Source: Capsulimonadaceae bacterium (GTDB lineage: Bacteria > Armatimonadota > Armatimonadia > Armatimonadales > Capsulimonadaceae). From it: a stretch of 64,000 nucleotides of DNA. Under the pieces are notes generated by a model. The model did no database searches. It saw only the letters and a program-made list of their open reading frames with translations, and was not told the DNA's origin. Position 1 is the first letter of the stretch; the number at the start of each line of letters is the position of its first letter. The translations under genes and the position numbers were made by a program. Positions 45,556 through 53,751 of the stretch are shown piece by piece. Where the stretch lies: assembly GCA_965215505.1 (NCBI GenBank), contig OZ244065.1, positions 3,296,001-3,360,000 of the forward strand, in the 5' to 3' direction.

Positions 45556-45888
45556 TCATCGCAGCCGCCAGTTGATCTTGTCCTTCTTGAAGAGGCACAG
45601 GCCGCACCGGACGCAGCAGCCCCGCCCGTAAGCCGCACCGGGCCGCGCGGGCAGCGGCCTACCCCGATACAGCCCACCGCAACGCGGGCAGCGGAACCTG
45701 TCCATGTAGATCAGGGCGGCGGACGGGGGCACGAGGCTGACCATAGCCCACCATGTGTGCCGGGCGGCGTCGCCGAGGCTGACCACGAGAACGATCATCG
45801 CCGGCAAGCTCAGGAAGACCAAAAGGAGACGACGCCGGAAGTCCTTTTGGGCCGATTGGCATGCGTCCGGGCCGGCCTTGTCTCTCAT
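45556..45888 (-). CDS. Small membrane protein with CxxC-CxxC zinc ribbon
   Basis: Two TMs then RFRCPRCG...CVRCGL; ATGA overlap with upstream gene. Confidence 0.6.
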   Translation of the reverse strand: MRDKAGPDACQSAQKDFRRRLLLVFLSLPAMIVLVVSLGDAARHTWWAMVSLVPPSAALIYMDRFRCPRCGGLYRGRPLPARPGAAYGRGCCVRCGLCLFKKDKINWRLR

Positions 45889-46412
45889 ATTGGATGCCGT
45901 TTACGACCTATGAGTCGGCCCCACAGGAACTTGACCAGCCAGGGCACGAGTAGGAACACTAGGGCGAACAGCGACAGGAGCAGGACGGGCGGCACGAACA
46001 CGAGGTCGTCAAGCAGGAGCCAGAACCGGATCGCCTCCCAGGGGTGGCCCCGGCTCAGGCCGCGCCGCAGGCTTCGGAAGGCCGCTTCGTCCGTGACCCG
46101 GATGTGGAAGTAGCGGGTGTGCCTGGCTGGGTCATGCCGAGCTTCATAGTCGTAGGGCGAGCCGGGCGTCTGGTGGAGCCTCAGATACCGGCTGATGCCC
46201 AGCAGGGCCGCCACGTCCAGCCCGAAGACCAGCAGCGAGCCGACGAGGACAATCCCGGCATAGCCGGGGTGCAGGACCGTTAGGAGCAGAGGGAAGGCGG
46301 GCGGGGCCGGGGCGGCGATGAGGATGCCGCAAGGCAGCAGCACGAACAGGCAGAAGCGCGGCAGCAGGATGTTCAGCCCCAGCCCGCTTGTGAGTTCATT
46401 CCGCCGGCTCAT
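45885..46412 (-). CDS. Hypothetical membrane protein
   Basis: Three hydrophobic segments; ATG after GGAGCAGGA. Confidence 0.55.
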   Translation of the reverse strand: MSRRNELTSGLGLNILLPRFCLFVLLPCGILIAAPAPPAFPLLLTVLHPGYAGIVLVGSLLVFGLDVAALLGISRYLRLHQTPGSPYDYEARHDPARHTRYFHIRVTDEAAFRSLRRGLSRGHPWEAIRFWLLLDDLVFVPPVLLLSLFALVFLLVPWLVKFLWGRLIGRKRHPI

Positions 46413-46983
46413 GTCCTGCTCCCATTCCAGCTTCTGCCCCTGTCCCCACAAGCCATTCCTCACGCAGAAGGGCGTACAGGTACTCATCATGCCACAGCCC
46501 GTTCCTGCACTGGCTCTGGCGCAGGTGCCCCTCGCGGCGCATCCCGAGCCGCTCCATCAGCCGGAACGAGGCGGCGTTGCGCGTGTCACAGCCCGAAGTG
46601 ACGCGGTGCAGCCCGAGGCCCTGGAAGGCGTGAACGAGCAGGGCCTTTGCCGCTTCGGTCGCGTAGCCTTGCCCCTGGTACTCCGGGTGGAAGGACCACC
46701 CGACATTGCCCGCGCTCACCTTCCGCGCCTCGACGTAGATGCCGACCTCACCGATCATTCGGCCCCCGTCCCTCAGCGCGACGGCGAACATGACCCAGCC
46801 GCCCTCCTCACCGAGTTCAAGCGCCGCCTGCTTGGCAAGGAAGGCCGCCGCCTTGTCTTCGGTCAACGGCTCGACTGGCTGATACTTCAGGTTCTCCGGG
46901 TGAGTCTGGTAGGCCAAAAAGTCGCGCAGATCGGCCTCCGAGGGGCGGCGGATGACCAGCCTCTCCGTGGTAACAGTTTCCAT
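46396..46983 (-). CDS. GNAT acetyltransferase, RimJ/RimL family
   Basis: TERLVIR, VGWSFHPEYQGQGYATEAA, NAASFRLMERLGMRREG. Confidence 0.92.
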   Translation of the reverse strand: METVTTERLVIRRPSEADLRDFLAYQTHPENLKYQPVEPLTEDKAAAFLAKQAALELGEEGGWVMFAVALRDGGRMIGEVGIYVEARKVSAGNVGWSFHPEYQGQGYATEAAKALLVHAFQGLGLHRVTSGCDTRNAASFRLMERLGMRREGHLRQSQCRNGLWHDEYLYALLREEWLVGTGAEAGMGAGHEPAE

Positions 46984-47007
46984 GCCGTCTTGTACCCTCA
47001 ACCCAAG

Positions 47008-47313
47008 TCAGCGGCCCGGCGTACCGGCCGGTGTCGGGACCGCCCGCCAGCCCGGTTTGACTGGGCGGCCGTCGGCGTTCATGACAAAGCCGACATCCCG
47101 CGACCAAAGCCGCCCCGTCTGCGTGTCCAGGAAATAGACTTCCCCCTGCGTCGCCGCGATGCCGTACCGCCCGGCCGACGCGGGCGGCGGGGCGGGGGCG
47201 GCCTGCGCCGTGGCGGGGCGCGAGAGCAGCCACCCCAGGCCGCTCCCAAGAGCGGCCAGGAGGCTCAGGCACAGCAGGCCGGTCAAAAGGCGGCCCTTCG
47301 TCTTCTCTTTCAT
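47008..47313 (-). CDS. Small exported hypothetical protein
   Basis: N-terminal TM/signal; GRYGIAA..VYFLDTQTGRLW. Confidence 0.6.
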   Translation of the reverse strand: MKEKTKGRLLTGLLCLSLLAALGSGLGWLLSRPATAQAAPAPPPASAGRYGIAATQGEVYFLDTQTGRLWSRDVGFVMNADGRPVKPGWRAVPTPAGTPGR

Positions 47314-47329
47314 CGTTCTTTCCTTGTCG

Positions 47330-47770
47330 TCAGGCTGGAATGTTGGAGCGGGCGAGGAGACGCCGTTCGTAGACGTACTGCACCCAACGCAGGACGGCGC
47401 TCACCACGAGAAGGGCCGTCGCGCCGACCACGAACGACGGCCACGGATGGCCTTGGGACCCGTAAGACTGGAACCCGACCCACAAAACCACGACTGCGGT
47501 GTCGTACCACGGCCAGCAGTGCAGCATCAGCCAGACCACCCCGAACCCCATGGGGAGGAAGAGGATGGCGAAAGGGATGGCAAAGGCGGTTGTTCCTGCG
47601 TGCGGGAACAATGACGCAATCGCAAGGGCGACTAAGACGCTGGCAGCTATCCAAACAATGCACGTCGCCACCAATATCAAAAGGGCGGCGGCGAGGGAGA
47701 AGGCAGCAGCGGCGCGAGCGGCGAGGACGCTGAAGGCTCCAGGTCTCTTCGTGTTCTGCGGGATCAACAT
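47330..47770 (-). CDS. Hypothetical four-TM membrane protein
   Basis: Hydrophobic throughout; ATG after GGGGGA. Confidence 0.55.
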   Translation of the reverse strand: MLIPQNTKRPGAFSVLAARAAAAFSLAAALLILVATCIVWIAASVLVALAIASLFPHAGTTAFAIPFAILFLPMGFGVVWLMLHCWPWYDTAVVVLWVGFQSYGSQGHPWPSFVVGATALLVVSAVLRWVQYVYERRLLARSNIPA

Positions 47771-47799
47771 GCTGTCCCCCGATCATGCCGCGTCGCTCA

Positions 47800-48150
47800 T
47801 CACGATTTTGTCGTAGAACTACTGCTCACTGCCGTCGTGACGGTGTGGGTGGCCGCGTTGATACTGGCCTTGACACCGGCCGAAGCCGTTCCCCGGCGGC
47901 GCGTGGCCGCGAAACGGAAGGCCTGGAGCTTTCCATCCGGGCCGTAGGACTGCTGGTTGGTTGTGACCTTGTACCCAAGACCCTCGTAGTAGGCGACGTA
48001 GGCGGCGAGGTTCTTGGCCGTAGACGTTTCACTGATCGCCGGGGGCTTCGGGACGGCGGGAGTCGCAGGCGGCGCACCGGCCGCCAGGCGGCAGCCGCTC
48101 AGGACGAGAAGCGCGGGGACGAGCGGGACGGCGGCGGGCATTCGCATCAT
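47800..48150 (-). CDS. Putative lipoprotein
   Basis: Lipobox LSGC after a hydrophobic stretch. Confidence 0.6.
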   Translation of the reverse strand: MMRMPAAVPLVPALLVLSGCRLAAGAPPATPAVPKPPAISETSTAKNLAAYVAYYEGLGYKVTTNQQSYGPDGKLQAFRFAATRRRGTASAGVKASINAATHTVTTAVSSSSTTKS

Positions 48151-48173
48151 GGGGGCCTTTCCAAGATAGATCG

Positions 48174-48416
48174 TCAGCGCGCGGCCTGCGCTTCCAGTTG
48201 CTCGATCCGCCTCTGAAGGTCGCGGACCTGCTTTTGACCGGCAACCTGGGCTGCCGCCGCCATGTAGAAGGCCATCGGCAGGAAGCAGACGAAGGTGCCG
48301 AGGCCCGCGTCAAGCGAGTGCGGCTTCAGCCCGAAGAAGCTGATCATGACGGAGGCGCTCATGAGAGCGGCAAAGAGCGGGGCGACCCAGAAGGGTCCGA
48401 CGAGTTTGGAGAGCAC
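48174..48416 (-). CDS. Small two-TM protein with coiled-coil tail
   Basis: FVCFLPMAFYM..VRDLQRRIEQLE; GTG after AAGGA. Confidence 0.6.
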   Translation of the reverse strand: MLSKLVGPFWVAPLFAALMSASVMISFFGLKPHSLDAGLGTFVCFLPMAFYMAAAAQVAGQKQVRDLQRRIEQLEAQAAR

Positions 48417-48446
48417 GAGTGGGATTCCTTGTTTCGCAGAAGATTG

Positions 48447-48686
48447 CCCGGCGTTAAACCGCCGGTCTACACGGATGGGCCGCCCCTTCGGGGCTTCGGA
48501 CGACGCTGCCGGGCAGCCTTATTCGGGCTTCGTAGGGGCACCGCTTGCCGCGCCCTCCTGATGTTCCGCACCCCTACGAGGCCCTGATGACGTGATCCGG
48601 CAGCAACATCCGAACAATGCCATCCGAAGCCCCGAAGGGGCGGCCCGCCGGCGCAGCCGGGAGTAGACCGGCCCTTCAGGGCCGGG
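48447..48686. repeat. REPIN-like element, family B, with nested GTAG REP
   Basis: Same ends as 33859-34084; internal GTAGGGGCACC...CCCCTAC. Confidence 0.8.
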
Positions 48687-48794
48687 ACGGATGCGCCGGG
48701 ACTAATGCGCCGGGGCTTCCTGCAACGCCCATCCATTGTCTCTAACCCTGTCTCTGACACGCAGCGCGCGGAAAGGTTGCGTCCCGAGGCCGGG

Positions 48795-50069
48795 TCAGCC
48801 GGTGACTTCCCCATACCGCGCCAGCACACCCGTCCCTAATGCCCGGTACGCCTCGATGCGCGCGTCGGCGGAGGGATAGGCCGGGTCCGGGACGCCCGCG
48901 CCGTCCACGAAGCCCGGCAGGCCGAGGAGCCTTGAATACTGGTGGGCGGCGAGGACGCAGGCACCCTCCCAGAAGATGTCCTGGACGTCCTCGGGGACCG
49001 GCGCACCGCCCAGGCAGGTCGGCGCGAGGGGGAGCAGGTCCAGGGTGTTATGTTCCGTGCCCGCCGTCACGAACAGGCCCGCCCGGCGCATGGCGTGGAC
49101 GTAGCGGGACAAAGTTGCGGGCGAGTTGCGGGTCGGGACGAACTCGGCACAGACGATGTTTCGCGCCAGGAGGTCGGCGGTCAGGGCCTCCGGGGACGCC
49201 TCGTACTCGGTGATCGGGTCGGCCCCGTCGGCGAGTGTCGGGTAGCAGGGGATGCCGCCCAGGGCGAGGACCAGCCGGTAGGCGTGGCCGAAGTCCACGA
49301 ACGTCTCGGGGACATAGGCAGGCTTGCCGCTCTTTAATAACTGCGACCGGATCTCGTTCTGCGTGCCGACAGCGTCATCGGCCTTCGCTTTCGGCGCGAC
49401 GCCGTAGAGGAGCGTGAGGAAGGCGGGCCGGTCGTGGGCGGCCACCCGGTCAAACAGAACCTCCTGGAAGGCCTGTGCGATGTGCCGCTCCTGCAAGTAG
49501 ACGGTTTCGCGCGGCGACCCATGCCGGGCGACGATGCGGTCTTTGATCCTCTCGGCGTCCAGCCCGGTGTCCAGCGCCGCCGCATCAAAGAGAGCGGCCA
49601 GCTTGTCCGCGACGGCCGCCATGCGCGCCGTGTCGGCGTCCCGGATGACTTGGAGCAGCACGCGGGCGTCCTCGGGCATGGGGTCGAACCGCGTGATGCC
49701 CTTGCCGCAGAGGTAATACTTGCCGGGGTTGCCGGGGTCGTTGACCTTGACACCATCCCGGACCATCGCCTCTACCAGCGAGATGATCTCCAGCCCGAAG
49801 AGCGGGAAGATGCCGCGCGCCGTCGCCAAGACCGCCAGTTCCCCGTAGACGGAGTAATCGTAGTAGTTGCTGGCCCCCAGGATGCCGACGCCCTGCACGT
49901 CCGCCAGTTCCACCGCCTGCCGCGTTGTTTCAAAAGCGCTGAAATTGGGCGGCAAATGGACGTGGGCGTTGACGCGCGGGCGGACGGCCGGCCCCGGCCC
50001 CGCCGGGAGCGCGTCCGGGTCGCCGAGGCTCTGCATCAATCGGGTGAAGTCATCTATCGCCGTGGTCAT
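48795..50069 (-). CDS. PHP-domain-like metal-dependent hydrolase
   Basis: VNAHVHLPPNFSAF, LFGLEI, LQERHIA, TAGTEHNT; ATG after AGGAG. Confidence 0.65.
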   Translation of the reverse strand: MTTAIDDFTRLMQSLGDPDALPAGPGPAVRPRVNAHVHLPPNFSAFETTRQAVELADVQGVGILGASNYYDYSVYGELAVLATARGIFPLFGLEIISLVEAMVRDGVKVNDPGNPGKYYLCGKGITRFDPMPEDARVLLQVIRDADTARMAAVADKLAALFDAAALDTGLDAERIKDRIVARHGSPRETVYLQERHIAQAFQEVLFDRVAAHDRPAFLTLLYGVAPKAKADDAVGTQNEIRSQLLKSGKPAYVPETFVDFGHAYRLVLALGGIPCYPTLADGADPITEYEASPEALTADLLARNIVCAEFVPTRNSPATLSRYVHAMRRAGLFVTAGTEHNTLDLLPLAPTCLGGAPVPEDVQDIFWEGACVLAAHQYSRLLGLPGFVDGAGVPDPAYPSADARIEAYRALGTGVLARYGEVTG

Positions 50070-50111
50070 GGTGGTGTTGCTCCTGGTGTGGGGCGAATGA
50101 ACAGGATGAGC

Positions 50112-50268
50112 AGGACGAGTGATTGAAATCACTCGCTCCGCGCGGGCCTGTCCGGGGGGACAGAAGATGAGACAAGCGAGGGCGCTTTCATGGCACCGGC
50201 CTGTTCTAGCGTCCCTGGGACGCCCGGCGCGCAGCGCCTTCCAGCGAGTGAATTCATTCACTCGTCCT
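50112..50268. repeat. REPIN-like element, family A
   Basis: AGGACGAGTGATTGAAATCACTCGCT ... AGCGAGTGAATTCATTCACTCGTCCT. Confidence 0.8.
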
Positions 50269-50337
50269 AGCTCGTTCCTTCTTCTCCCATTGCAAGTCCC
50301 GCGTTTCCTTCGCGCATCGTTTGGAGACACTAGGGCC

Positions 50338-50586
50338 ATGACACACGAAGACGCCCGACGCCTCGCCGAGTTCGTCAAGGACCACGACAAGCGCTTTGAG
50401 GCTAAAGCCAAGAGCGATGACGCCGGCGGCGACAGCCACGTCCTGCTCACGTGCGCCTCCGACGGCACGACTTTGGAGCCAATCACCAGCGTTGACCAGT
50501 ACCGGACGCAGCTCATCGAGGAGGATGACCCCGGCCCGACCGTGTGCGCCGCGTGGGCAAAGTGGGGAGGAGGGGCCGGAGCCTAG
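50338..50586 (+). CDS. Hypothetical protein (82 aa)
   Basis: GC3-rich codons from MTHEDARR. Confidence 0.55.
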   Translation: MTHEDARRLAEFVKDHDKRFEAKAKSDDAGGDSHVLLTCASDGTTLEPITSVDQYRTQLIEEDDPGPTVCAAWAKWGGGAGA

Positions 50587-50622
50587 CACCGAAGCGCCTT
50601 TCCTCCTGCCCGCGCCGTCCTG

Positions 50623-51090
50623 TTACGCCACGCCTGCGGCGTTCGGCCCCGGACGCACTTTCCTCGGCGTGATGCGCTCGGGCGGCGTGTGGCGGAAGCC
50701 CTCGCAGACCCAGTTGTTGCGGGAACCGGAGATGACGCACTGCCACCGTTCCTGCCGCAGCAGCCCCGTCCGGGAGCGGACCCGGAGGCGGCTGGAACAG
50801 CGGAAGCGGGCGGGTCCTATCTCGCTGACCATGCCGGGGGCGTAGGGCGCATAGCCGATCACGGTGTAGCCCTTCGGCTGACCCTGCATGACCCAGCTGA
50901 TGAGGAGGTACTTCGCCTGACGGTAGGCGTCCTGCTTCGCCTGCTCGGCGACCTGGAATGCCGTCGGCATCGGCGGCGGGGTCGGCTTCTTCCAGGAGGT
51001 GACGAGAGTCCCCAGGGCGAGGGCGAGGACCGGCAGTAGCCAGAGGGCCTTGAGGTCCCGGCGGGGCCGGCTTTGGTCTTCGGTCGGCAT
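50623..51090 (-). CDS. Membrane-anchored hypothetical protein
   Basis: Single N-terminal TM then a small Cys-containing domain. Confidence 0.55.
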   Translation of the reverse strand: MPTEDQSRPRRDLKALWLLPVLALALGTLVTSWKKPTPPPMPTAFQVAEQAKQDAYRQAKYLLISWVMQGQPKGYTVIGYAPYAPGMVSEIGPARFRCSSRLRVRSRTGLLRQERWQCVISGSRNNWVCEGFRHTPPERITPRKVRPGPNAAGVA

Positions 51091-51136
51091 CTTCTTCTGG
51101 GTCCTCCGCCCGTCGCTCCGAAGTCACAGGATGCCG

Positions 51137-51445
51137 CTAATAGTAGCGGTAGAAGACGGTGAGCGCGTCGCCCTTGACCTCGCAGTAAAGCCCCACGCCC
51201 TCCTCTTCCAGCCGGTCGTTGACCTTCATCCAGGACTGCGCGACCGCTTCGGCGTCGCCTGCGGGGATCACGGTGCCCGTCTTGACCAGGAGGACCGCGC
51301 CCTCGGGGACCTCGCCGGGCCAGTCGGCGGCCAGGAACACGGCATCGGAAACGTCCCCTTCGGCCAGGGCGAACTGTCCGGCGACGGCGCGGCAGACCGC
51401 CACCCGCTCCGCCGGCTCGTCCATGTCTTTGTTCTTGTCTTCCAT
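51137..51445 (-). CDS. Hypothetical protein
   Basis: Acidic ORF after AAGGA with typical codon usage. Confidence 0.55.
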   Translation of the reverse strand: MEDKNKDMDEPAERVAVCRAVAGQFALAEGDVSDAVFLAADWPGEVPEGAVLLVKTGTVIPAGDAEAVAQSWMKVNDRLEEEGVGLYCEVKGDALTVFYRYY

Positions 51446-51494
51446 CGTCTTTTGTCCTTCCAGGGGGCTGCCACGGGGATCACCCCAAAAACCC

Positions 51495-53426
51495 TCATCC
51501 CCGTGCGAAACCGCCCCGCTGCTCTTTCCCGCGCATCATCCCGCCGCCCGGCTGGGCCACCTCGACCTTGACCTTGCGGCCCCGGATCGTCGCGTTCCGC
51601 AGCGCGATGACCACCTTCTGCGCGTCCGGGGCGGGCACCTCGACGAACGCGGTGCGGTCTAATATGTCTATCGCGCCGATGGTCCTGCCCGCCAGCCCCG
51701 CCTCGTTGCTGATCGCGCCCACCAGGTCGCCGGGGCGCAGGCCGTCCTGACGGCCCAGGCCGACGAACAGGCGGGTCATGCCGACCTCGGGCTGCTCCGA
51801 GTCCGCGTTCAGCTCTTCGGCGGCCTCAGCCGGGCCGGAGTGCTGGGACTGCCACAGCATCTGCAAGGCGGCGGCGGCGATCTCCGAGCTGTCGTACTCC
51901 TCGGCCAGCGCCTCCACCGTCGCCAGGTGCCCGTCGAAGGCGCGGGCGGCCAGTGTCTCGCGCAATGACTCCTGGAACAAGTCCCGGCGGCGGGCGGCGA
52001 TGTCGGCCGCCGTCGGGATGCGGGCGGGCTTGATGGTCGTCCCGATCATCTGCTCGATGGCCCTGAGCTGCCGCCGCTCGCGGCCCTCCACGAGTGTGAT
52101 CGCGTCCCCCGTCCGCCCCGCCCGGCCCGTCCGGCCGATGCGGTGGATGTACTGCTCCACGTCCCACGGGATGTCGTAGTTGATGACGTGCGTGACCGTC
52201 TCGATGTCCAGGCCGCGCGCCGCCACGTCGGTCGCGATCAGCAGGTCGGCCAGGCCCTCGCGGAAGCGGCGCATGACCCGGTCCCGGTCGGCCTGCCCCA
52301 GGTCGCCGTGCAGGGCCTCGGCGCTGTAGCCGCGCAGGCGCAGGGCGTCGGCCAGGTCATTGGTCTCCTGCCGCGTCCGGCAGAAGACGATGGTCGGGCC
52401 GGGCGTCTCCATGTCCAGCACGCGGGCCAGGGCTTCTAATTTGCGGCCCGGCGCGACCTCGTAGTAAGTCTGGTTCGTCGTCTCTACCGTGCGGCGCTTG
52501 ACGTCAATGGCGACATGAGCGGGGTTCTGGAGGAAGCGTTGGGCCAGGGCGGCGATGCGCGGCGGCATCGTCGCCGAGAAGAAGGCGAGCTGCCGGGGCG
52601 TCGGCAGCTCGGCCAGGATCGTCTCCATGTCCTCCAGAAAGCCTAATGCCAGCATCTCGTCGGCCTCGTCCAGCACGCACAGCTTGACCGTCTCGATGGA
52701 CAGCGTCCCGCGCCGCAGATGGTCCATGATGCGCCCCGGCGTGCCGACCACGATCTGCGCGCCTTCTTTGAGGGCGCGGAACTGCCGGTCCAAAGGCTGC
52801 CCGCCGTAGACCGGCACGACGCGCAGGCCCGTGTGCTTGGCAAGCGCGTGGATGCCGCCCGCCACCTGGACAGCCAGCTCGCGCGTCGGCTCCAGGACGA
52901 GCGCCTGCGTCTGCATGCTGGACGGGTCGCATTGCTGGATCAGCGGCAGGGCGAAGGCGGCCGTCTTGCCCGTGCCCGTCTGCGCCTGCCCGATGAGGTC
53001 CCGCCCGGCCAGCAGGAGGGGAATGGCCCTTGCCTGAATGGGCGTCGGGGCCTCAAAGCCCAGATCGGCGATGGCCCGCGCCAGCGGCTCGGACAGGTTC
53101 AGCTCGGAGAAGGCGGGAAGCTCCGTCTCCTCCGGGGCGGGCGCGGCCTCCACCGCCTTCGGAACCGGGGCGGCCTTGCCCGGCTTCGGGGTCGCGCGCT
53201 TCGCCGCCGGGTACTTGCCGAGTACCTGCTTGGCCGGTGCGCCCGCCTCCTTCGTCTTCGGCTTGGGCGCGGCGAAGGGCGGCCCGCTGAACGGCTTTTT
53301 TGCCTCGGGCGCGGCCTCCGCCGGCGCGAACTGTGGCCGCGCCTTCGCTGGCACGGTCGTCTTCTTGATGTATTTTCCCGCGGCCTGCGGTTTGGCCGTG
53401 GCCTGCGGTTTGGGCGGTTTCGCCAT
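51495..53426 (-). CDS. deaD: DEAD-box RNA helicase DeaD/CsdA-like with DbpA RNA-binding domain
   Basis: PTPIQ, AQTGTGKT, PTRELA, DEAD, SAT, ARGLD, HRIGRTGRAG; C-terminal LFVGLGRQDGLRPGDLVGAI; Lys/Ala/Pro-rich N-terminal extension. Confidence 0.92.
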   Translation of the reverse strand: MAKPPKPQATAKPQAAGKYIKKTTVPAKARPQFAPAEAAPEAKKPFSGPPFAAPKPKTKEAGAPAKQVLGKYPAAKRATPKPGKAAPVPKAVEAAPAPEETELPAFSELNLSEPLARAIADLGFEAPTPIQARAIPLLLAGRDLIGQAQTGTGKTAAFALPLIQQCDPSSMQTQALVLEPTRELAVQVAGGIHALAKHTGLRVVPVYGGQPLDRQFRALKEGAQIVVGTPGRIMDHLRRGTLSIETVKLCVLDEADEMLALGFLEDMETILAELPTPRQLAFFSATMPPRIAALAQRFLQNPAHVAIDVKRRTVETTNQTYYEVAPGRKLEALARVLDMETPGPTIVFCRTRQETNDLADALRLRGYSAEALHGDLGQADRDRVMRRFREGLADLLIATDVAARGLDIETVTHVINYDIPWDVEQYIHRIGRTGRAGRTGDAITLVEGRERRQLRAIEQMIGTTIKPARIPTAADIAARRRDLFQESLRETLAARAFDGHLATVEALAEEYDSSEIAAAALQMLWQSQHSGPAEAAEELNADSEQPEVGMTRLFVGLGRQDGLRPGDLVGAISNEAGLAGRTIGAIDILDRTAFVEVPAPDAQKVVIALRNATIRGRKVKVEVAQPGGGMMRGKEQRGGFARG

Positions 53427-53570
53427 GGGGGTGTGTCTCCGGTTCTCTTGCTCCCCTACAGTGTACCCGCCATCGGGTATAGTAACGGCAGACGGATGAG
53501 GCAGGCAGAGCCGATTTGCCAAGCCGACGCGCCGGATCGCCATGCCGAGTGTGGGCGGGCTAGGCCGGAT

Positions 53571-53708
53571 CAGGCCCCGCCGTGAACGGCAGGTCTGGAG
53601 GGCCGGCGGCCAGCCGGTCTGCGACCGGGAGATCGGGTGATACGTCACCCCCGCCCGCAGGGCGGTCGGCGCTTCGCCCCCCAGACCTGCCGTTCACGGC
53701 GGGGCCTG
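53571..53708. repeat. Element bounded by perfect 28-bp inverted repeats
   Basis: CAGGCCCCGCCGTGAACGGCAGGTCTGG and its exact reverse complement at 53681-53708. Confidence 0.85.
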
Positions 53709-53751
53709 CGCCACGGCGGGGCTTCGTTCGCGGCAGTCAGGAACACAGACC

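Noticed and set aside
50070-50516. Upstream extension of the PHP ORF (likewise deaD 53427-53648 and short ORFs at 5304-5527, 33867-34259, 48198-48829)
   Set aside because: These run through REPIN palindromes or opposite-strand genes and lack protein-like composition
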